From: Nitrospirota bacterium
GTDB lineage: Bacteria > Nitrospirota > Nitrospiria > 2-01-FULL-66-17
Reading direction: 5' to 3'
Length of the DNA: 64,000 nucleotides
Assembly (NCBI GenBank): GCA_049325335.1
Contig: JBMOMC010000007.1
Location: 96,001 to 160,000, forward strand
Positions 46,344-57,790 of the stretch are shown piece by piece. Positions within the stretch are counted from its first letter, which is position 1. Every line of letters starts with the position of its first letter. Below the pieces are notes generated by a model, which worked only from the letters and a program-made list of their open reading frames with translations, was not told the DNA's origin and did no database searches. A program made the position numbers and the translations under genes.

Positions 46344-48571
46344 GGGTTCTCCTTCGTGAGTTTAAAGCGGGAGACTTGTGCCTCCAGTTCCCTGGCCGCG
46401 GACAGCAGGCTGTCGACCGCCGCGGTCGTCCGATTCATCGCGTCCCGATTTTGATGACCGACGCGCCCGATCGATGACACGGCGCCGACGATGGCTTCGC
46501 TTTCGGTTCGCCGTTGCCGAACGAACTCTTGGACCGTCTTGACCCGTTGGTTCGCGGATTCAATGACCTGGCTGACTTGTCGGTTCCCCTTGGCGTGTTC
46601 GGTCGCCGCGCGGGTCACGCGTTGCGACATCGCACGCGCCTCCTCGCTGACCCGCTCCACGTCCTCGAGCATGCGCGCCTGCGTGCGCGCCACCTCGATG
46701 AGGTGCGCCACCTGCGCGGTGACGGTCTGCATCTCCGCGTTGACCCGTTGCACGCCGCTCATTTGCTGATCCGTTTCCCGCGCGATGTCCAAAATTCTCG
46801 TCGTGGAACTCTTCGCGCCCTCCAAAATCTTGTCCAACGCCGCCCGCGCGGCGCCCGACACCCGCACGCCTTCTTCCACACGGCTCGCGCTGTCCGCGAT
46901 CGCCCGCACCGCGCCCGCGCCCTCGACCTGCAGCGCCGCAATAATGTCGTGGATCTCCTTGGTCGACGTCGCGGTCCGCTCCGCCAACTCCTTGATCTCG
47001 CCCGCGACCACCGCAAAGCCTTTGCCGTGTTCGCCCGCCTGCGCGGCGATGATCGCGGCGTTGAGGGCCAAGAGATTGGTCTGCTCGGCCACTTCGTCGA
47101 TCACGCTCAGAATGCTCCCGATCGACTCGGTCCGCTGTTGGAGCCGTTGGATCACGGCCGACGCGTCGTCGGAAAACGCCTTGATGCGATGGATGCCGTC
47201 GATCGTTTGCGCCACGCATTCCTGCCCGTGTCGCGCGTCATCCCCTACGCGGTGTGACAGCTCCACCGTCGTGTGGATCTCGGCCCGGATCTGGGTCGTG
47301 GACTGCTCGATCGAATCCGCCGACGAGGCGGTGTCCGCCGCGGCTTTTGAGAGCACGCCCAACGCCGCCTCCGCCTGTCGGATCGATTCGGCCAGGATTT
47401 TCACCGAGTGTTGGGTGCCGGATGCCGCCCGCGCGTAACCGTCGGCGTCCCGGGCGATTTCCTCGGTCGACGCCGTCATCTGCGCCGTCGCCGCGGTGCT
47501 CTCCTCGATCATGGTCGAGAGTCCGTCCATCCCGGAGCCGAGTTCCGTAATCGCTTCGTGCAGCTCGGTCGTGGATTGCAGGGTCGCCTCCACGTGGATC
47601 GCCTGCGATTCGATCCCGCTGTGCACCACGGCGGCGTCCCGCGCCAAATCGCGGCCCGAGGCGCCTACCGTGCGACTGACGTCGGACACCTTCCGGATAA
47701 TGACCTCCAGCTTGTCCACGAACCGATTGAACCCTCCCGCCAAGTCGCCGATTTCATCGCGCGAGGATAACTCCAACCGTCTGGTCAGATCCCCTTCCCC
47801 GTCGCTCACGTCGTTGATGCGCTCCACCACCCGATGGAGCGGACCGAACACGCCGCGCCGGAGCGAGACCCGCAGCAGCAGCCCCACGATCGTGATGGTG
47901 CCGAACGCGCCCCACGCCATGTCGCGTCGATTCGCGCCGACCTCGTTCCACAACTGATCGGTCGCGGTGGAGATCATGAGGACTCCCCGCAACTTGTGGT
48001 CCGAACCGTGACACAGGTAACACCGTTGAAAATTCGGCAACGGCCGCAGGTAGGTCATCACCTCCCGGTCGTTGATCCGCTCAAAGTAATATTCGTCCTT
48101 CGCGTTGAGCGGGTCCGCCAGAATGCGGGTAAAGGCTTCGCGAAACGCCGGCGCCTCGACCCCGGTCGCGCGATTGGGCGAGACGTTGGGATGATCCGCC
48201 ACCCACTCGGGGCGAATCGGCACGCGCGTTTTCACCTCTTCAATGGTCTTGAGGTCCATGAACCCCTGCTCGACGCCCAACCCGTCTTTTCCGCGCACGA
48301 CCTGGATCCGGACGATTTCCGGCAATTCCTTGAGGTCGTCGAGCAAATGCCGCGCCATATCGGCGCGGAACGCCACCATGTCTTTGTCGAACGCCAGGTG
48401 CACCGAAGCGGCCAGCAACCCCGCTTTCTCCCGCTCGTGGTTGATCAAATCGTGCCGCATCTTGGTCTGCAGGATCACGAAAATCGCGACAAACCCGACC
48501 ACCAAGGTCGCCAACACCAGGGTGATGACCTTCGACGAAAGTTTCCGACCGGACTGGTTCGGCGCGCCCAT
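46340..48571 (-). CDS. Methyl-accepting chemotaxis protein with periplasmic heme c motif
   Basis: 2 TM, periplasmic CYLCH (48008-48022), HAMP, and the [27 protein letters not shown] signalling tip. Confidence 0.92.
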   Translation of the reverse strand: MGAPNQSGRKLSSKVITLVLATLVVGFVAIFVILQTKMRHDLINHEREKAGLLAASVHLAFDKDMVAFRADMARHLLDDLKELPEIVRIQVVRGKDGLGVEQGFMDLKTIEEVKTRVPIRPEWVADHPNVSPNRATGVEAPAFREAFTRILADPLNAKDEYYFERINDREVMTYLRPLPNFQRCYLCHGSDHKLRGVLMISTATDQLWNEVGANRRDMAWGAFGTITIVGLLLRVSLRRGVFGPLHRVVERINDVSDGEGDLTRRLELSSRDEIGDLAGGFNRFVDKLEVIIRKVSDVSRTVGASGRDLARDAAVVHSGIESQAIHVEATLQSTTELHEAITELGSGMDGLSTMIEESTAATAQMTASTEEIARDADGYARAASGTQHSVKILAESIRQAEAALGVLSKAAADTASSADSIEQSTTQIRAEIHTTVELSHRVGDDARHGQECVAQTIDGIHRIKAFSDDASAVIQRLQQRTESIGSILSVIDEVAEQTNLLALNAAIIAAQAGEHGKGFAVVAGEIKELAERTATSTKEIHDIIAALQVEGAGAVRAIADSASRVEEGVRVSGAARAALDKILEGAKSSTTRILDIARETDQQMSGVQRVNAEMQTVTAQVAHLIEVARTQARMLEDVERVSEEARAMSQRVTRAATEHAKGNRQVSQVIESANQRVKTVQEFVRQRRTESEAIVGAVSSIGRVGHQNRDAMNRTTAAVDSLLSAARELEAQVSRFKLTKENP

Positions 48572-49041
48572 CACGCCACCTCGGACAACACGGCGAATTC
48601 CGCGGGTCCCAACACCGCGTCCAAATCCACGACCAGCAACAAGGCGTCCTTGACGCGACAGACGCCTCGACACATCGTCCCGCCGTCGGCGTCCGACTTG
48701 CGCGCCTCAAAGTCGTCGGCATCCACGTCCAACACATCCGACACGCGATCCACGACCAACCCCAGCAGCCGCTCACCCAATCGCACGATCAAGATGTGCG
48801 CGGGACGCGTGCGCGCGCTCGCGGGGACGCCGAAACGTTCCCGCAGTTCGATCAACGGCAGCGTGGTGCCCCGAAGGTCCATCAACCCGTCGAGAAACGC
48901 CGGAGCGTGCGGCACCGGAACCGGCTCGCGGTAAAACACGATTTCGCGGATCCGTTCGATTTCGGTCACGTACGGACGTTCGCCGATCTCCAAACACAGC
49001 AGTTTGCGGCGAACGTGCAGCGTTGCCAGCCGTCCCGCCAT
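48571..49041 (-). CDS. cheW: CheW
   Basis: [40 protein letters not shown]. Confidence 0.92.
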   Translation of the reverse strand: MAGRLATLHVRRKLLCLEIGERPYVTEIERIREIVFYREPVPVPHAPAFLDGLMDLRGTTLPLIELRERFGVPASARTRPAHILIVRLGERLLGLVVDRVSDVLDVDADDFEARKSDADGGTMCRGVCRVKDALLLVVDLDAVLGPAEFAVLSEVA

Positions 49042-51155
49042 CAGGCCACCTTGAACCGATTGACCTCGGAGCGCAGCGTCTCGGCCTGCCGCACCAGTCC
49101 GTTCACGACCCCGCTCATTTGTTCCGCGACGGCCGCGCTGTCCTTCGAGACCATTTGAATTTCTTCGGCCGACTTCATGATGATTTCGCTGCCGCGCCGC
49201 TGTTCGCGGACGGCCGCGGCGATGTGTTGCACCCGATCGGTGACGTGTTCCACCGCCTGGGTAATCTGCTTGCTGCCCTTGGCCTGCTCTTCGGTGGACA
49301 ACCGCACCTGCCTGGTGATATCCCGCATCCGCTCCGCGGCCTCGCGAATTTGTTCCGATCCCTTGCTTTGCTCCTGGGTGGCGCGCGAAATCTGATCGAC
49401 CATCTGGGTGATCTGTCGCATGGACTCGGTCACTTGCCGGATTCCCTTGACCTGTTCGATCGTGGCCAGCTCGATGCCGCGGGCCATATTGGTGGACTGC
49501 GTGGAGCTCTCCAAAATCTTCTTGAGCGCCTCGCCGGCCTCCAGCGCCATCTTCATGCCCTCTTCCACCCGCACGTACCCGTCTTGAATCGCGGTGACCG
49601 CGTCGCGCGACTCCCCCTGCACCGCGCCGATGAGCTGCGCGATCTCCTTGGTGGACACCGAGGTCCGGTCCGCGAGATTTTTGATCTCATCCGCCACGAC
49701 CGCGAACCCCTTGCCCTGTTCACCCGCCTGCGCCGCCAAGATGGCCGCATTGAGCGCCAGCAAGTTGGTCTGTTTGGTGACTTCGTCGATCACGGTCAGG
49801 ATTTTGCCGATCTGGTCGGACCGTTGACCCAGTTGGTGGATGACGTCGGTGGTCTTTTTGACGGTTTCGCTGATTTTCTCCATGCTCGCGATGGTCTTGG
49901 TCACCGACAACATCCCGATTTCCGACGCCTCGCGCGTCACCCGTTCGGCCAACGAGGCCGACTGCTTCGCGTTTTGCTCGACTTCCTTCACCGACGCGTT
50001 GATCTCGGTCACCGCCGAGGCGGTTTCACCCGAGGCCGTGGACAACAACACCACGTTGCCGGCCACCTGTTTGATCGAAGCCGACATTTCAATAATGGCC
50101 GATGACGTCTCCTCCACCGACTTGGTCAGATCCACAGTGTTGGCCGCCACTTCGCTGATCGCCGCGCTCATCTGTAAAATCGAGGACGAGGTGGCTTCCG
50201 ACGCCGACGAGAGCACCTCGATCCCATCGCCGACCTCCCGCAGCGACGCGTTCATTTCCACCAACGAGGAGGAGGTCTTCTCCGTGGAAATCGATTGGAT
50301 GTTGGCGCCCTCCGTGACTTTCCGGCTGTTGCCCGCGATGTGCTCCGACGCGGACGTCACCGCGTTCGCCGCGTCCTGCACTTTGCGAATCATGGCTTTC
50401 AGGCTCGACGCCATTTGATTGAACCCGCTCGCCAACACGCCGATTTCGTCGCGCGACGCGACCTCGATCGTCTGCGTAAAATCGCCGTCCGCCACGCGCG
50501 TGACCACCAACGCCATCCGCTCGATCGGCGCCATGTTCTTGCGCACGAAATACCACATCACCCCCATGCCGGCGCCGACCGTAAGCACGGTGATCAACAC
50601 GCTCCACCACATAATGCTCGAGAGCTTCTTTTCCAATTCCCGAGGCGACAACGCCATCACCACGGTACCGATGCGGGCCTTCCCGCCCGAGCCGCCGGCC
50701 ATGGCTTCTCCGGTGCTGAACAACACCGGCTCCACCACCATCAACAGCGTCTTGCCGTCCTTCTCCACCTGTTCGACGAATCCTTCGCTCGCCTGAACCG
50801 CCTTCACCGCGAGGGGATCGCTGTCGACTTCCTTACTGAAGTTGGCATCGCTGTGGACCCAGACAATCCCGCGCCCGTCGAGGATCTTGACGTACGCCAC
50901 GTCGGTCTCGGTCATGATGCCCTTGATGTAACTGACCAGGCTCGACGAGTCGCCGATCGAAATGCCGTACGTGCTGTTGTGGGCCAAGTTACTGGCCAGC
51001 GACACGCCGCGTTTGATCAGCGCCTCTTGCAGGAACTGCCCGGTCCTCGCCATCGACACCACGGTCAGCACCACGGAGACGCTCAGCAAGAGGAGACTGG
51101 TAATGATGACGAACTTAAACCGCAGTCCGAACCGGATATTTCGTCGCTCCAACAT
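49041..51155 (-). CDS. Methyl-accepting chemotaxis protein (long heptad class)
   Basis: 2 TM, Cache-like sensor, HAMP, extended methylation helices and [26 protein letters not shown]. Confidence 0.95.
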   Translation of the reverse strand: MLERRNIRFGLRFKFVIITSLLLLSVSVVLTVVSMARTGQFLQEALIKRGVSLASNLAHNSTYGISIGDSSSLVSYIKGIMTETDVAYVKILDGRGIVWVHSDANFSKEVDSDPLAVKAVQASEGFVEQVEKDGKTLLMVVEPVLFSTGEAMAGGSGGKARIGTVVMALSPRELEKKLSSIMWWSVLITVLTVGAGMGVMWYFVRKNMAPIERMALVVTRVADGDFTQTIEVASRDEIGVLASGFNQMASSLKAMIRKVQDAANAVTSASEHIAGNSRKVTEGANIQSISTEKTSSSLVEMNASLREVGDGIEVLSSASEATSSSILQMSAAISEVAANTVDLTKSVEETSSAIIEMSASIKQVAGNVVLLSTASGETASAVTEINASVKEVEQNAKQSASLAERVTREASEIGMLSVTKTIASMEKISETVKKTTDVIHQLGQRSDQIGKILTVIDEVTKQTNLLALNAAILAAQAGEQGKGFAVVADEIKNLADRTSVSTKEIAQLIGAVQGESRDAVTAIQDGYVRVEEGMKMALEAGEALKKILESSTQSTNMARGIELATIEQVKGIRQVTESMRQITQMVDQISRATQEQSKGSEQIREAAERMRDITRQVRLSTEEQAKGSKQITQAVEHVTDRVQHIAAAVREQRRGSEIIMKSAEEIQMVSKDSAAVAEQMSGVVNGLVRQAETLRSEVNRFKVA

Positions 51156-51184
51156 ACGCTCCTCCCCCCATACCGTTCATCCCG

Positions 51185-51937
51185 TTAGGCCGCGGCTCGC
51201 GCCGACGACGCGTCAACGGCCACGAGCCGCTCCAAATGCAAGACGCCGATCAATCGCTCGCGGTGCCGCAAGGTCGCGGTGACAAATCCCGCTTCGCGCT
51301 CCCCCATGGTCGTGGGCGGCGGACCCAGCGCATCGGCCTCGGCGTTGATGACCTCCGTCACGTGATCCACCACCATGCCCACCGGCGCCCCGTCGATCAC
51401 GACCACCACGATCCGGGACTTGGAGTCGTGGTCCCGCGCCGGCATGGATAATCGGCGACGCACGTCAAAAATCGGCACGATCGATCCCCGCAGCGAAATG
51501 ATGCCCATTATGTTCGCCGGCCCTCGCGGGATCGGCGTGATGTCGGTCGGACGAATAATCTCCCGAACCGAACGAATCCACAGACAGTATTCTTCCGCGT
51601 CCAACGTGAACCCTAAAAATTCTTCGACGCGCGCCTCCGGCGCTTCGGAAACCGCCGCGCCGGACGACGGCTCCGCCGAACCACCGTACGGCGCTTCCAC
51701 ACGCTCCGGGGCCCCGTCCTGGCCATTCATCGGGCCGGCCGGCGGTGGCGCCTCGATCGCGATCGCGACCGGCTCCGCAAGCACGGGCGGGTCCGGCTGG
51801 GCCGGCGCGGGGACTGACGCTGGTTCGGCCGCTGGCACCGGTTCGGCCACCGTCGTGCGCTCCCGGTTGACCGGGCTCGTTGTCGCGCGCGTTCTCCGCC
51901 GTGACCGCGATTGGTGTGACGTGCGGGATCGCCTCAC
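51185..51937 (-). CDS. cheW: CheW with Pro/Ala-rich N-terminal extension
   Basis: FLGFTL..VREII..GIISLRGSIVPIFD..GMVVDHV. Confidence 0.9.
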   Translation of the reverse strand: MRRSRTSHQSRSRRRTRATTSPVNRERTTVAEPVPAAEPASVPAPAQPDPPVLAEPVAIAIEAPPPAGPMNGQDGAPERVEAPYGGSAEPSSGAAVSEAPEARVEEFLGFTLDAEEYCLWIRSVREIIRPTDITPIPRGPANIMGIISLRGSIVPIFDVRRRLSMPARDHDSKSRIVVVVIDGAPVGMVVDHVTEVINAEADALGPPPTTMGEREAGFVTATLRHRERLIGVLHLERLVAVDASSARAAA

Positions 51938-52173
51938 GCCGCCTCCTGTCGCACCTTCTCGGCCGCGCGGCTGACCAGGAATCCTTCATCCGTCAACGCC
52001 TTGACCCGCTTGAGGATCCGAACGTCGTGGTCCGTGAATCGGCGGAACAATTTCACCCCGTGGCGTTCGCTGACCGGCGTCACCACCCCGATCAAGACCC
52101 AGTACTCGAGTTGCCGAGGGGACAGCCCGACCTGCCGACACACCTCATTGGGACCGCATAACCCCGTGCGCAT
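51934..52173 (-). CDS. MerR-type HTH-only protein
   Basis: EVCRQVGLSPRQLEYW..GVVTP..RRFTDHDV..LTDEGF. GGAG RBS. Confidence 0.85.
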   Translation of the reverse strand: MRTGLCGPNEVCRQVGLSPRQLEYWVLIGVVTPVSERHGVKLFRRFTDHDVRILKRVKALTDEGFLVSRAAEKVRQEAA

Positions 52174-52223
52174 CTACCGCTCCATCACATCCCACAGGCT
52201 TGTGGGATCGCACCGCGACTAGC

Positions 52224-52239
52224 AGCAAGGACCGTGCCG
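52224..52239 (-). promoter_or_regulatory. sigma54 promoter internal to the che cluster
   Basis: Minus strand reads CGGCACGGTCCTTGCT (YGGCAC-N5-TTGCT), 50 bp upstream of the merR-like start, in the only large intergenic gap of the cluster. Confidence 0.75.
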
Positions 52240-52452
52240 AGGTGCGATCTCCCTAGAGCCCATGGAACCGCGGAGGGGCGTGACCAGAGGTCGTTACGCG
52301 TCGTCGGTTGGGTAACGCGTCACCCGGTGCGTGCCAAAAATTGACGCAATGACCCAAAGACGTGACGGAGCGGACAGGACGCGGGGTGCGAAGAAACCTT
52401 CCTCGGGTCCCCGATCGTCGGGTCCTCGAGGGCAGCACGGAATCAGGCGGGC

Positions 52453-54456
52453 TTAGGCGGCCAGGGGAAGGGCGGTTGAACGACGGCACACGGCTTCATC
52501 GATCAACGCCCCGACGTCGAGCACCAGAATGGTCTTTCGATTCCCCAGTTCAGTGGCGCCGGCAACGCCGGGGATACCTTGGAGCAGTGAGCCAATGGAT
52601 TTGATGACGATTTCCTGCTGCCCATAAATCGTATCCACGACCAACCCCAACCGCTTTTCCGCCAACCCGACGACGATGATGTACAGGCGGCTGTCCCCGT
52701 TCCGGGCCGGCTCGACGCCGAACAGATCGCTAAGCCGCAGGAGCGATAAGGTGTGGTCGCGTAGGTGTATGACGGGCCGGCCCCCGATCGTGACCACTTG
52801 GCTGGATTCGATCATGACGCTTTCGGACACCGCGCTGATGGGGATCGCGTAGGTCTGCGTCCCCACGCCCACGATCAACGCCTTGATGATCACCAATGTG
52901 ATCGGCAGCGTCAACACGAAGCTCGTCCCCTGGCCGAGCTCCGTATCGACCTCAACGATCCCGTTGAGCTTGGCGATATGCCGGGCCACCACGTCGAGGC
53001 CGACCCCCCGCCCGGAGAGTTCGGTCACGGCCTCGGCGGTGGAGAACCCGGGTTGGAAGAGAAAGTCGATGATCTCTTTGTTGGTATAGTCCCGGTCCGG
53101 CTCCGCGATGTGATTGGCAAGCGCCTTCTCGCGCACTTTCGCCAGGTTCACGCCCGCACCGTCGTCCGAGACCGTGATGGTCACGGTATGGCCCTTGTGG
53201 GCCGCGCTCAGATGGATCGTCCCCACCTCCGGCTTGCCGCGGCGACGGCGTTCCTCGCACGGCTCGATCCCGTGATCGAGGGCATTGCGGATCAAGTGCA
53301 ACAACGGATCCGCGATCGCCTCGACCATGGATTTGTCGAGTTTGGTTTCCTCGCCGGACGTCGTGACCTGAATCTCCTTGCCCAAGTCCCGGGAGATTTT
53401 TTTGATCGCGCGCACGGAGCGATCGAACAACTGCGCCACCGGGATCATGCGGATTTCAATCAACCCTTCCTGCAGCCCGGACACGCGGTGTTCCAAGGCT
53501 TGGGCGGCCTTATGTAATTCCATCGCGGGGCCCACCAACCCCCCATTTTGGAGCAGGTCTCGCGCGATCTGGACGATCACCGACTTGGAGAGCACCAGCT
53601 CCCCCAGCATATTCAACAAAGCGTCGAGTTTGACGATGTCCACCCGGATCGTTTGGCTGAGGCTGCGGGTCGACGGCGAGTCCGATTCACCGGCGGGTGC
53701 GGCCTTTGTCGGCGTCGGCTCCGCGCCGCCCAGTTGCACGATGTCGGCGCGATCCTCGGCCAGCAACCGCGTCAACGCGTCCCGGTCCTGCGCGGTGCCG
53801 ACCAAAAGCGTAAACGCGATCCCGGCCTCCGGCGACACTCCGGAGCTGGGCAACGTGGAAATCACTTCCCCCACGCCCTGGAGTTTCGCGGTCAGACTCG
53901 ACAGGGACTTGTCGAAATCTTCGAACCGGAAACGGACGCGGATCTCGAACAACCGATGGTTGGCCTTGATGTTTTCCTGAAGGCGATGTTGTTCGTACTC
54001 GGTGAGGACTTGGAGAATTTCGGGATCAACCCCGGACTTCTCGGTGGACGGCGCCGCGGCGGGCGCCCCGTTCACGGCCTCGCGGAGGCGCGCCGCCAGC
54101 CCCGACGTATCCGGCGGCACCTGGTCCGATGACGCGGCGGCGATCAACTGGGCCAACGCCTCGACGCCGTCGCCCAAGAGATCCGCGAGATTTCGACTCA
54201 TCCCGAGTTTGCCCATGCGCAGCCGGTCCATCAGGTCTTCCAGCGAATGGGCTAGGTCCGACACCGCGGTCAACCCCATCACCCCGGACATCCCCTTGAG
54301 GGTGTGGGCCGCGCGAAACAACGCGTTGAGCGATTCCGGACTGATCGAGTCGGGCGATTGCTCGATCCGATCCAGATGGCGGCGGAGGGTATCGAGGAGT
54401 TCGTCGGACTCGGCGAGGAACTCTCGAAGCGTGTCGTCCTTGTTCCGGCGATCCAT
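52453..54456 (-). CDS. cheA: Chemotaxis histidine kinase CheA
   Basis: Hpt LFRAAHTLKG, HLIRNALDHGIE, FQPGFST, SGRGVGLDVV and a C-terminal CheW domain. Confidence 0.96.
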   Translation of the reverse strand: MDRRNKDDTLREFLAESDELLDTLRRHLDRIEQSPDSISPESLNALFRAAHTLKGMSGVMGLTAVSDLAHSLEDLMDRLRMGKLGMSRNLADLLGDGVEALAQLIAAASSDQVPPDTSGLAARLREAVNGAPAAAPSTEKSGVDPEILQVLTEYEQHRLQENIKANHRLFEIRVRFRFEDFDKSLSSLTAKLQGVGEVISTLPSSGVSPEAGIAFTLLVGTAQDRDALTRLLAEDRADIVQLGGAEPTPTKAAPAGESDSPSTRSLSQTIRVDIVKLDALLNMLGELVLSKSVIVQIARDLLQNGGLVGPAMELHKAAQALEHRVSGLQEGLIEIRMIPVAQLFDRSVRAIKKISRDLGKEIQVTTSGEETKLDKSMVEAIADPLLHLIRNALDHGIEPCEERRRRGKPEVGTIHLSAAHKGHTVTITVSDDGAGVNLAKVREKALANHIAEPDRDYTNKEIIDFLFQPGFSTAEAVTELSGRGVGLDVVARHIAKLNGIVEVDTELGQGTSFVLTLPITLVIIKALIVGVGTQTYAIPISAVSESVMIESSQVVTIGGRPVIHLRDHTLSLLRLSDLFGVEPARNGDSRLYIIVVGLAEKRLGLVVDTIYGQQEIVIKSIGSLLQGIPGVAGATELGNRKTILVLDVGALIDEAVCRRSTALPLAA

Positions 54457-54827
54457 CACCCGGACCCGATCAACCGTTGGATCGTGGACTGCAGATGTTG
54501 GGGCTCGAACGGCTTCTTCACGTATGCGGACGCTCCCAAGTTGAGCCCCCGCCGCACGTCTTCGTCGCTGCCCTCCGTGGACACGATGACCATCGGGATC
54601 GATTTATACTCCGGGTGGTGTTTCACGAAATGCACGATCTCCAGACCGTTGATGTCCGGCATATTGATGTCGGTGACGATCAGGTCGAGCGCCTGCTGCG
54701 GGATGCGTTTGAGGGCTTCGAACCCGTTGGGGGCTTCGATGGTTTCGAACCCCTCCATCTCCTCGATAGCGGAGACGATCAGCGCGCGCGTGGTGGGCGA
54801 ATCATCCACCACCAACACGCGTTTCAT
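54456..54827 (-). CDS. cheY: CheY-like response regulator
   Basis: VVDDS, TDINMPD, VSTEG and YVKKPF motifs. Confidence 0.9.
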   Translation of the reverse strand: MKRVLVVDDSPTTRALIVSAIEEMEGFETIEAPNGFEALKRIPQQALDLIVTDINMPDINGLEIVHFVKHHPEYKSIPMVIVSTEGSDEDVRRGLNLGASAYVKKPFEPQHLQSTIQRLIGSG

Positions 54828-54867
54828 GTCGGTCCGTTTTTGCACGCGGCTGAGTATAGCATAGGGT

Positions 54868-56064
54868 TTAAGAATCGCCCGTTCTGGTCCGCTGAATTTG
54901 TTGTTGCAACAACGTCTTGCCGAGGGAAACGGCCGCGACGCGAAGAAACGCCTCCAGCCCCCCGGTCTCGCCGATCGGCGTCTGGTGCGGGAGATTGTCC
55001 CCGTACAAGAAGGCGACCACCCGCTCCGCGCTCACGATGGGCGCGAGATAACTTTCCTGCGGCCAGTGTCCGCCCAGGCGCTCCATGACCATCCGATTGC
55101 CGGAGAGATCGGGCCAAGCGCCCTTGAGCGCGGAGCGGCTGTCCGCGACCGCTCTGAACGACGACGCGTCGGTCAGCGGCACGACGATGGACCGGACCAC
55201 CTCGTCGGGCGAGCCCTCCGTCACCTCCACGCCGAACTGTCCCCACCCGCCGACCGCGTCGCCTCGCACCAAAAAAATGACCGATCGATTCATCAACTCG
55301 CCGGCAAACCGCAGCATCATCAGGAAGACGTCGTGGCCGGACACCGCCCCGCCGAGCTCTTCGATCATGGCCGGCAACAACGATAAATCCTTTCTCGGAA
55401 TTTCTGCGCGATCCCCCAATACCGCGGCCCCCAACGCGTCGTCCGACACCAGGCCCGCCAGGCTTTCCGGGTCCGGTGTTTCGATCGCCGGGTGCGACAT
55501 CGGGGTGGACTCGTCCAGGCCCGCGAACGAGTCCTCGGCGCCGGAGGATTCGTCGAGGACCAGGTCATCCCCGACTCCGCCCCCGGATTCGTCCTCGAGC
55601 CGGGCGCCTTCCAACAGCAGAAACTCGGCGCTGATGCCTGCGTTCATCAACACGCCGTCCTCGGAAAATTTCCCCAACGTGAACTGAAAGGTCCCGGTTC
55701 GCCAGCCCAGCAGATCACGCACCACGTCGATGATGTGCAGGCGTAATTCGCTCTCCACTTGCTCCGGGCTCATCGAGCCCATTTCCACCAAGATCGTGCC
55801 GATGGGCTTCTTGACGGTGCGGACCTTTTGGATGCCGAGCGCTCGTTCGAGGTCCGCGCGCGTGATCAGGTTCTTCTGGACCAGCACGTAGCCGAACCGG
55901 CTCTTATTGTCGGAACTGGCGTAAGTCACGTTGCCTTGGTTGAAGACCACGCGCCCCATGCCGTCCTTTTTAATGAGCGTCAACACGCCCGAGCGTTTGC
56001 TCAGGTTGATGATTTGAAAAATATCCGGTAAGCCGAGGTCTTCGAGACGACCCTCAAGGCTCAT
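54868..56064 (-). CDS. DUF4388 domain protein
   Basis: MSLEGRLEDLGLPDIFQII..W..GTFQF..LLLEGAR, followed by a GAF-like C-terminus. Confidence 0.85.
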   Translation of the reverse strand: MSLEGRLEDLGLPDIFQIINLSKRSGVLTLIKKDGMGRVVFNQGNVTYASSDNKSRFGYVLVQKNLITRADLERALGIQKVRTVKKPIGTILVEMGSMSPEQVESELRLHIIDVVRDLLGWRTGTFQFTLGKFSEDGVLMNAGISAEFLLLEGARLEDESGGGVGDDLVLDESSGAEDSFAGLDESTPMSHPAIETPDPESLAGLVSDDALGAAVLGDRAEIPRKDLSLLPAMIEELGGAVSGHDVFLMMLRFAGELMNRSVIFLVRGDAVGGWGQFGVEVTEGSPDEVVRSIVVPLTDASSFRAVADSRSALKGAWPDLSGNRMVMERLGGHWPQESYLAPIVSAERVVAFLYGDNLPHQTPIGETGGLEAFLRVAAVSLGKTLLQQQIQRTRTGDS

Positions 56065-56342
56065 GGCCCCTTGGGTGTGGGCTGGTCAGAGGCCTCGGCG
56101 CCGTCGAGCACCTCATAGCGGTAGTCCTCAATGACGGGATTAGCCAAGAGGCGCCGGCACATGTCCTCAACCCGTCGTTCCGCGGTGGATCGGTCGGTGG
56201 TCCGCAAGTCGATATCGATCAGTTTCCCGATGCGCACGCCGCTCACGTCGTCAAATCCCAATCCGGCCAACGAGCGCGCCACGGCGTCGCCTTGCGGATC
56301 CAAAATCCCTCGTCGATACGTCACGTAGACCCGAGCCTTCAC
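56061..56342 (-). CDS. purS: Phosphoribosylformylglycinamidine synthase subunit PurS
   Basis: GILDPQG..VRIGK..MCRRLLANPVIEDY. Confidence 0.96.
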   Translation of the reverse strand: MKARVYVTYRRGILDPQGDAVARSLAGLGFDDVSGVRIGKLIDIDLRTTDRSTAERRVEDMCRRLLANPVIEDYRYEVLDGAEASDQPTPKGP

Positions 56343-56469
56343 GTCGCCTCCCCGCCCGTCGCGTCCGCCACGAAGGAAGGCCGGCCATCACCTCGGCGCA
56401 GAACGCAGCTAATACTAACGCACCCGCCCGCAACCGGCAAGGCGGCCCCGGCGAGATGTCGCGGACCGC

Positions 56470-57771
56470 TCACGCGGCGCCTCCGAACACCCGCTGGAAA
56501 ATCACATCGGTATGCCGAAGAAAATAGCCCGGGTCAAAGCACCCCTCCAACGCCTCCGGCCGGAGGCGCGCGGCGACTGCGGGATCGGCGCGAACCAAAT
56601 CCGTAAAGCGCCCTCCCCCGTTCCACGCCCGCATCGCCAACCCCTGGACCAGGGCGTACGCCTCCTCGCGAACCATGCCCGCGTCCACCAACGACAACAT
56701 CACCCGTTGGGAATACACCAACCCGCCAGTCTGGTCCAGGTTGCGCCGCATCCGATCCGGATACACCTGCAGCCGCTCCAGCAGGGTCGCGAACCGATCC
56801 AACATGTAGTCAAGCAGGATCGTGGAATCGGGCAGGATAATCCGCTCCACCGAGGAATGCGAGATATCCCGCTCGTGCCACAGTGCCACGTTGTCCAACG
56901 CGGCCTGCACGTTGGCCTTGATCACCCGGGCCAGGCCGGAGATGTTTTCCGACGCGATCGGGTTGCGTTTGTGCGGCATGCTGGACGAGCCTTTTTGTCC
57001 GGCCGCGAAGTACTCTTCGGCCTCTAACACCTCGGTCCGTTGTAGGTGGCGAATTTCCACCGCGAACTTTTCCAAACTCGCGGCGATCAACCCGATCACG
57101 GTCATATACGCGGCGTGTCGGTCGCGTTGAATGATCTGATTGGACACCGGGTCCGGCGCCAGCCCAAGGCGTTCGCACACCCGGGACTCGATCGCCGGGG
57201 GGAGATGGGCGAAGGTCCCCATGCTGCCCGAGAGTTTGCCGACCCGGATCTCTTCCTCCACGTGGTCCAACCGCCGCGCATGGCGCGTCACCTCGTCGTA
57301 CCAAATCGCCAGTTTCAGTCCGAAGGTAATGGGCTCGCCGTGGACGCCGTGCGAGCGGCCGATCATCACGGTCCCGCGATGGCGGTGGGCGAGGTCCCGC
57401 AGCACCCACCGCAGGCGGGACACGTCCTCGCGGAGGATGGCGGTCGCTTCCACGAGGGTGAGGGCGAGCGCGGTATCCAAGATATCGGACGACGTGAGGC
57501 CTTCGTGGAGAAACCGGCCCTCGGGACCGACGGTTTCGGCCACCGCGTTCACGAACGCCAACACGTCGTGCTGGGTGGTGCGCTCCAACTCTTCGATCCG
57601 GGCCTCGTCCACCTTCGCGTTGGAGCGAATCGCCTCCGCCGCGGCCCGAGGAATTCGCCCGTGCTCCGCCATCGCGTCGCACGCGGCCAGTTCCACCTTC
57701 AGCCACGTGTCATATTTGTGCGACGGACTCCACAGCCCCTTCATGGCGGGCCGACTATACCGATCAATCAC
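56470..57771 (-). CDS. purB: Adenylosuccinate lyase
   Basis: MIDRYSRP, GRSHGVHGEP, GSSSMPHKRNP and WHERDISHSSVER. GTG 57771 with GGGAGG RBS. Confidence 0.97.
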   Translation of the reverse strand: MIDRYSRPAMKGLWSPSHKYDTWLKVELAACDAMAEHGRIPRAAAEAIRSNAKVDEARIEELERTTQHDVLAFVNAVAETVGPEGRFLHEGLTSSDILDTALALTLVEATAILREDVSRLRWVLRDLAHRHRGTVMIGRSHGVHGEPITFGLKLAIWYDEVTRHARRLDHVEEEIRVGKLSGSMGTFAHLPPAIESRVCERLGLAPDPVSNQIIQRDRHAAYMTVIGLIAASLEKFAVEIRHLQRTEVLEAEEYFAAGQKGSSSMPHKRNPIASENISGLARVIKANVQAALDNVALWHERDISHSSVERIILPDSTILLDYMLDRFATLLERLQVYPDRMRRNLDQTGGLVYSQRVMLSLVDAGMVREEAYALVQGLAMRAWNGGGRFTDLVRADPAVAARLRPEALEGCFDPGYFLRHTDVIFQRVFGGAA

Positions 57772-57790
57772 CGTCCGACCTCCCCACGCG

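Noticed and set aside
56343..56469. Purine or ZTP riboswitch before purS
   Set aside because: No recognisable consensus; only a short GC-rich spacer with a small AT patch.
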